Shown piece by piece: positions 61,671 through 64,000 of a DNA stretch of 64,000 nucleotides. The notes beneath the pieces are model-generated. The model saw only the letters and a list, made by a program, of their open reading frames with translations, was not told where the DNA came from and searched no databases. Position 1 is the stretch's first letter; the number at the start of each line of letters is the position of its first letter. Made by a program: the position numbers and the translations under genes. Source of the stretch: Acidobacteriota bacterium. GTDB lineage: Bacteria; Acidobacteriota; UBA890; WLXD01. Location: NCBI GenBank assembly GCA_965248695.1, contig CBDFKD010000002.1:128001-192000 (forward strand), given 5' to 3'.

Positions 61671-62876
61671 ATGAGCTCCGACCTGAAGCGCTGCGTCGAC
61701 TTCACGCAGCGGCTGATCCGTACGCCGAGCCTGCCAGGCGAGGAGGGCGCCATCGCCGAGCTCGTGGCCACCGAGATGCGCCAGCTCGGCTACGCCGACG
61801 TGGCGCAGGACGAGGTGGGGAATGTCGTTGGGCGGGTGCCAGGATCGAGCCCGACGCCGGCGGTGATGTTCAACACCCATCTGGATCACGTGGATGTCGG
61901 CGACGCGACGCGCTGGCCGCACCCGCCGTTCGCCGGCGAGATCCACGATGGCCGTATCTGGGGCCGTGGCGCCGTGGATATCAAGGGCCCGCTGGCGGCG
62001 CAGGTCTACGGCGTGGGCCGCCTGCTCGAATCGGCGAAACCGCCAGCAGGAGACGTGTGGGTGACCGCCGTGGTACAGGAAGAGGTCGGCGGCGCCGGCG
62101 CCCGGCATCTGAACACATATCTGGTGCCGGAGATCGCGGTCATCGGCGAGCCGAGCGGCAACACGCTTCGTCGAGGCCACCGGGGCCGCTGCGAGCTCGT
62201 CGTCCACATCACCGGACGCTCAGCCCACGCCAGCGTGCCGCATCAGGCCAACAACCCGCTCGAGGTACTTGCCCGGTTCTTGGTGGGGCTCGAATCGCTG
62301 AAAATGGATGTGCAGACCGACCTGGGTCAAAGCACGGTGGCACCAACGCTGATTCGCACGGATCAGATCAGCGCCAACGTGATTCCCGCCGAGGTGTGGC
62401 TCACGTGCGACTGGCGGCTGGTACCTGGCGAAACAGCCGAATCGGCGCGCGCAAAGCTCCAGCAGCTCGCCGCCGAGTGCTTGACCGAGGGCACCGCCGC
62501 GGAGGTCACGATCCCACGAGACCGACGCCTGGCGCACACGGGCGTCGAGGTGATTCTGGAAGGTGAGCACCCAGCCTACATTCTCGACGATGGCCATCCT
62601 GCAGTGCGCGCCGCATGCGAGGCGCTGGGGCCGGTGATCGGCAACGTTAGCGCGGTCGGGACCTGGCGCTTCGCCACCGACGGCGGCCACTTCTCGCAGG
62701 CCGGCGTCGCCTGCGTCGGGTTCGGTCCGGGGGATGAGTTGCTGGCCCACACGCTGAACGAGCATATCGAGATCGATGCACTCGGCGTCGCCCTCGACGG
62801 TAACGCGGCGCTGGCGTGGGGCCTGGCGCGCCAGACGGTGCAGCCGCGGCCGGACACCTCCGCAGAATCCGCCTGA
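61671..62876 (+). CDS. M20-family metallohydrolase (ArgE/DapE/YgeY-like)
   Basis: HLDHV, GRGAVDIKG, QEE, IGEPS, HAS and AHT.NE. Confidence 0.92.
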   Translation: MSSDLKRCVDFTQRLIRTPSLPGEEGAIAELVATEMRQLGYADVAQDEVGNVVGRVPGSSPTPAVMFNTHLDHVDVGDATRWPHPPFAGEIHDGRIWGRGAVDIKGPLAAQVYGVGRLLESAKPPAGDVWVTAVVQEEVGGAGARHLNTYLVPEIAVIGEPSGNTLRRGHRGRCELVVHITGRSAHASVPHQANNPLEVLARFLVGLESLKMDVQTDLGQSTVAPTLIRTDQISANVIPAEVWLTCDWRLVPGETAESARAKLQQLAAECLTEGTAAEVTIPRDRRLAHTGVEVILEGEHPAYILDDGHPAVRAACEALGPVIGNVSAVGTWRFATDGGHFSQAGVACVGFGPGDELLAHTLNEHIEIDALGVALDGNAALAWGLARQTVQPRPDTSAESA

Positions 62877-63106
62877 TGAATCCACTGCCGACCTTTCTGT
62901 TGCGCTACTTCTCCGGGCTTCGCTACCCGTGGCTGTTCGCCCTCACCGCCGGGCTGTTCGTGCTGGACCTGCTCGTGCCCGACATCTTGCCGTTCGCCGA
63001 CGAGCTCCTGCTGGGGCTGACAACGCTGCTGCTGGCGACGCGCGGCAAGGAACGGGGTCCAGAGCCACCGTCCGCGGGCGACTCACCGCCGTCGCTGCCA
63101 GAGTAG
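62876..63106 (+). CDS. Small membrane protein (DUF6116-like)
   Basis: ATG overlapping the M20 stop; LRYPWLF..T..LF..DL..PD..PF.DE.LLGL. Confidence 0.78.
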   Translation: MNPLPTFLLRYFSGLRYPWLFALTAGLFVLDLLVPDILPFADELLLGLTTLLLATRGKERGPEPPSAGDSPPSLPE

Positions 63107-63178
63107 CGGCGCTATCGCAGCCAGCCTGCACGAAACCACCATCCGCACACGCCCGACCAACCGGTACACCGCGCTCCT

Positions 63179-64000
63179 CTAGCGGACGACGAACTGGTCG
63201 ACGTGGGCCTCGTCCATCGGCGAGGTGAGCAGCGACACGACCACCAGCGTGACCAGGTTGGCGACCAGGCCGAATATACCGGGCTGCACCTGTTGCCACT
63301 GAAGCGCCGGTACGTAGTAGAAGAGCACGACGACGCTGCAGCCAGTCGCGAGGCCCGCCAGCACGCCTTGCGGCGTGGCGCGCGGCCAGTAGAACGTCGC
63401 CACCAGCACCGGCGCAATCTGCACGAGAAAACCGTACGAGAGCAGCAACAAAGCCACTAGCGAGAGCTCGGAGACGACCGCGAAGTAGTAGGCGAAAGCC
63501 GAGATCACGAGCACCATCGTGCGGATGAGCCGAGTCTGCTGGCGCTCGCTGAGCGCCCGCGGTGACAGCGCGCACACGAAGTCGCGCACCATGATCGACC
63601 CGGCGGCGTGCAGCAGGGCGTCGCCAGTTGACATCGAGGCGGCAAGCGCGCCGGCGCAGAACAAGCCGACGGTGAACGGCGACAGGTCCATCGACATCAG
63701 GATCGTCGGCAGTATGGCGTCGGCCGGCACAACGTCGCGGTAGCGGAGAATTCCCGAGAAGCCGATGAAGATGATCGGAATCAAGAACACCTGGAACGTC
63801 GGGTAGAAGATGATCGTCTTCTTGAGCACGCGCTCGCTGCTGGCGGTGTAGATCTTCATGAAGTAATGCGGCCACAGGCTGAACCCGATCGCTGAGACGG
63901 CAATGGCGCTCGAGTAGCCGCCCCATGTCCAGCGGCTACCGGCCGCATCCAACCCTGGCGGCGTGAGCATCTCGGGCACCGCCGCGACGAGCTCCTGGAA
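63179..64000 (-). CDS. Sodium:solute symporter family protein (5' end beyond the window)
   Basis: WPHYFMKIY, ADAILP and GALAASMSTGD, with multiple TMs; the frame is open to the right edge. Confidence 0.88.
   Translation of the reverse strand, partial: FQELVAAVPEMLTPPGLDAAGSRWTWGGYSSAIAVSAIGFSLWPHYFMKIYTASSERVLKKTIIFYPTFQVFLIPIIFIGFSGILRYRDVVPADAILPTILMSMDLSPFTVGLFCAGALAASMSTGDALLHAAGSIMVRDFVCALSPRALSERQQTRLIRTMVLVISAFAYYFAVVSELSLVALLLLSYGFLVQIAPVLVATFYWPRATPQGVLAGLATGCSVVVLFYYVPALQWQQVQPGIFGLVANLVTLVVVSLLTSPMDEAHVDQFVVR

Overview
High-GC (roughly 65-70% by eye) bacterial chromosomal segment with about 52 densely packed protein-coding genes. I recognised no tRNA, rRNA, CRISPR array, transposase or prophage. 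The gene repertoire (Ser/Thr kinase-TPR, LVIVD/choice-of-anchor B, DUF885, Tat-signal aminotransferases) suggests an Acidobacteriota-like or similar environmental lineage, which is an inference. The main blocks are: (1) a pseudokinase, a PP2C phosphatase, a MutS-ATPase-only protein and a secreted atypical kinase; (2) two tandem twin-arginine HisC-family aminotransferases followed by a cytochrome c and an NHL/PAL-like protein; (3) a kinase-TPR gene, an S1/P1 nuclease fusion and Lhr helicase; (4) an amt - degenerate PII - glnA - flotillin - POT transporter run flanked by two GAF sensor enzymes; (5) secreted propeller proteins and a metalloprotease around a split TRAP system; (6) an attE/F/H-like ABC system; (7) an Ig/LVIVD + YVTN propeller pair. 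Sequence-level anomalies found by reading the DNA: 1-bp indels in the kinase-TPR gene and in glnA; a deletion removing the GGDEF domain and the EAL motif of a c-di-GMP regulator; a 23%-GC island bounded by 17-bp direct repeats that carries a near-consensus promoter; a 138-bp element with perfect 22-bp inverted repeats; and a diverged relic copy of the Nudix gene 5' end lying upstream of the metalloprotease gene. All family assignments come from motif recognition, not database searches.
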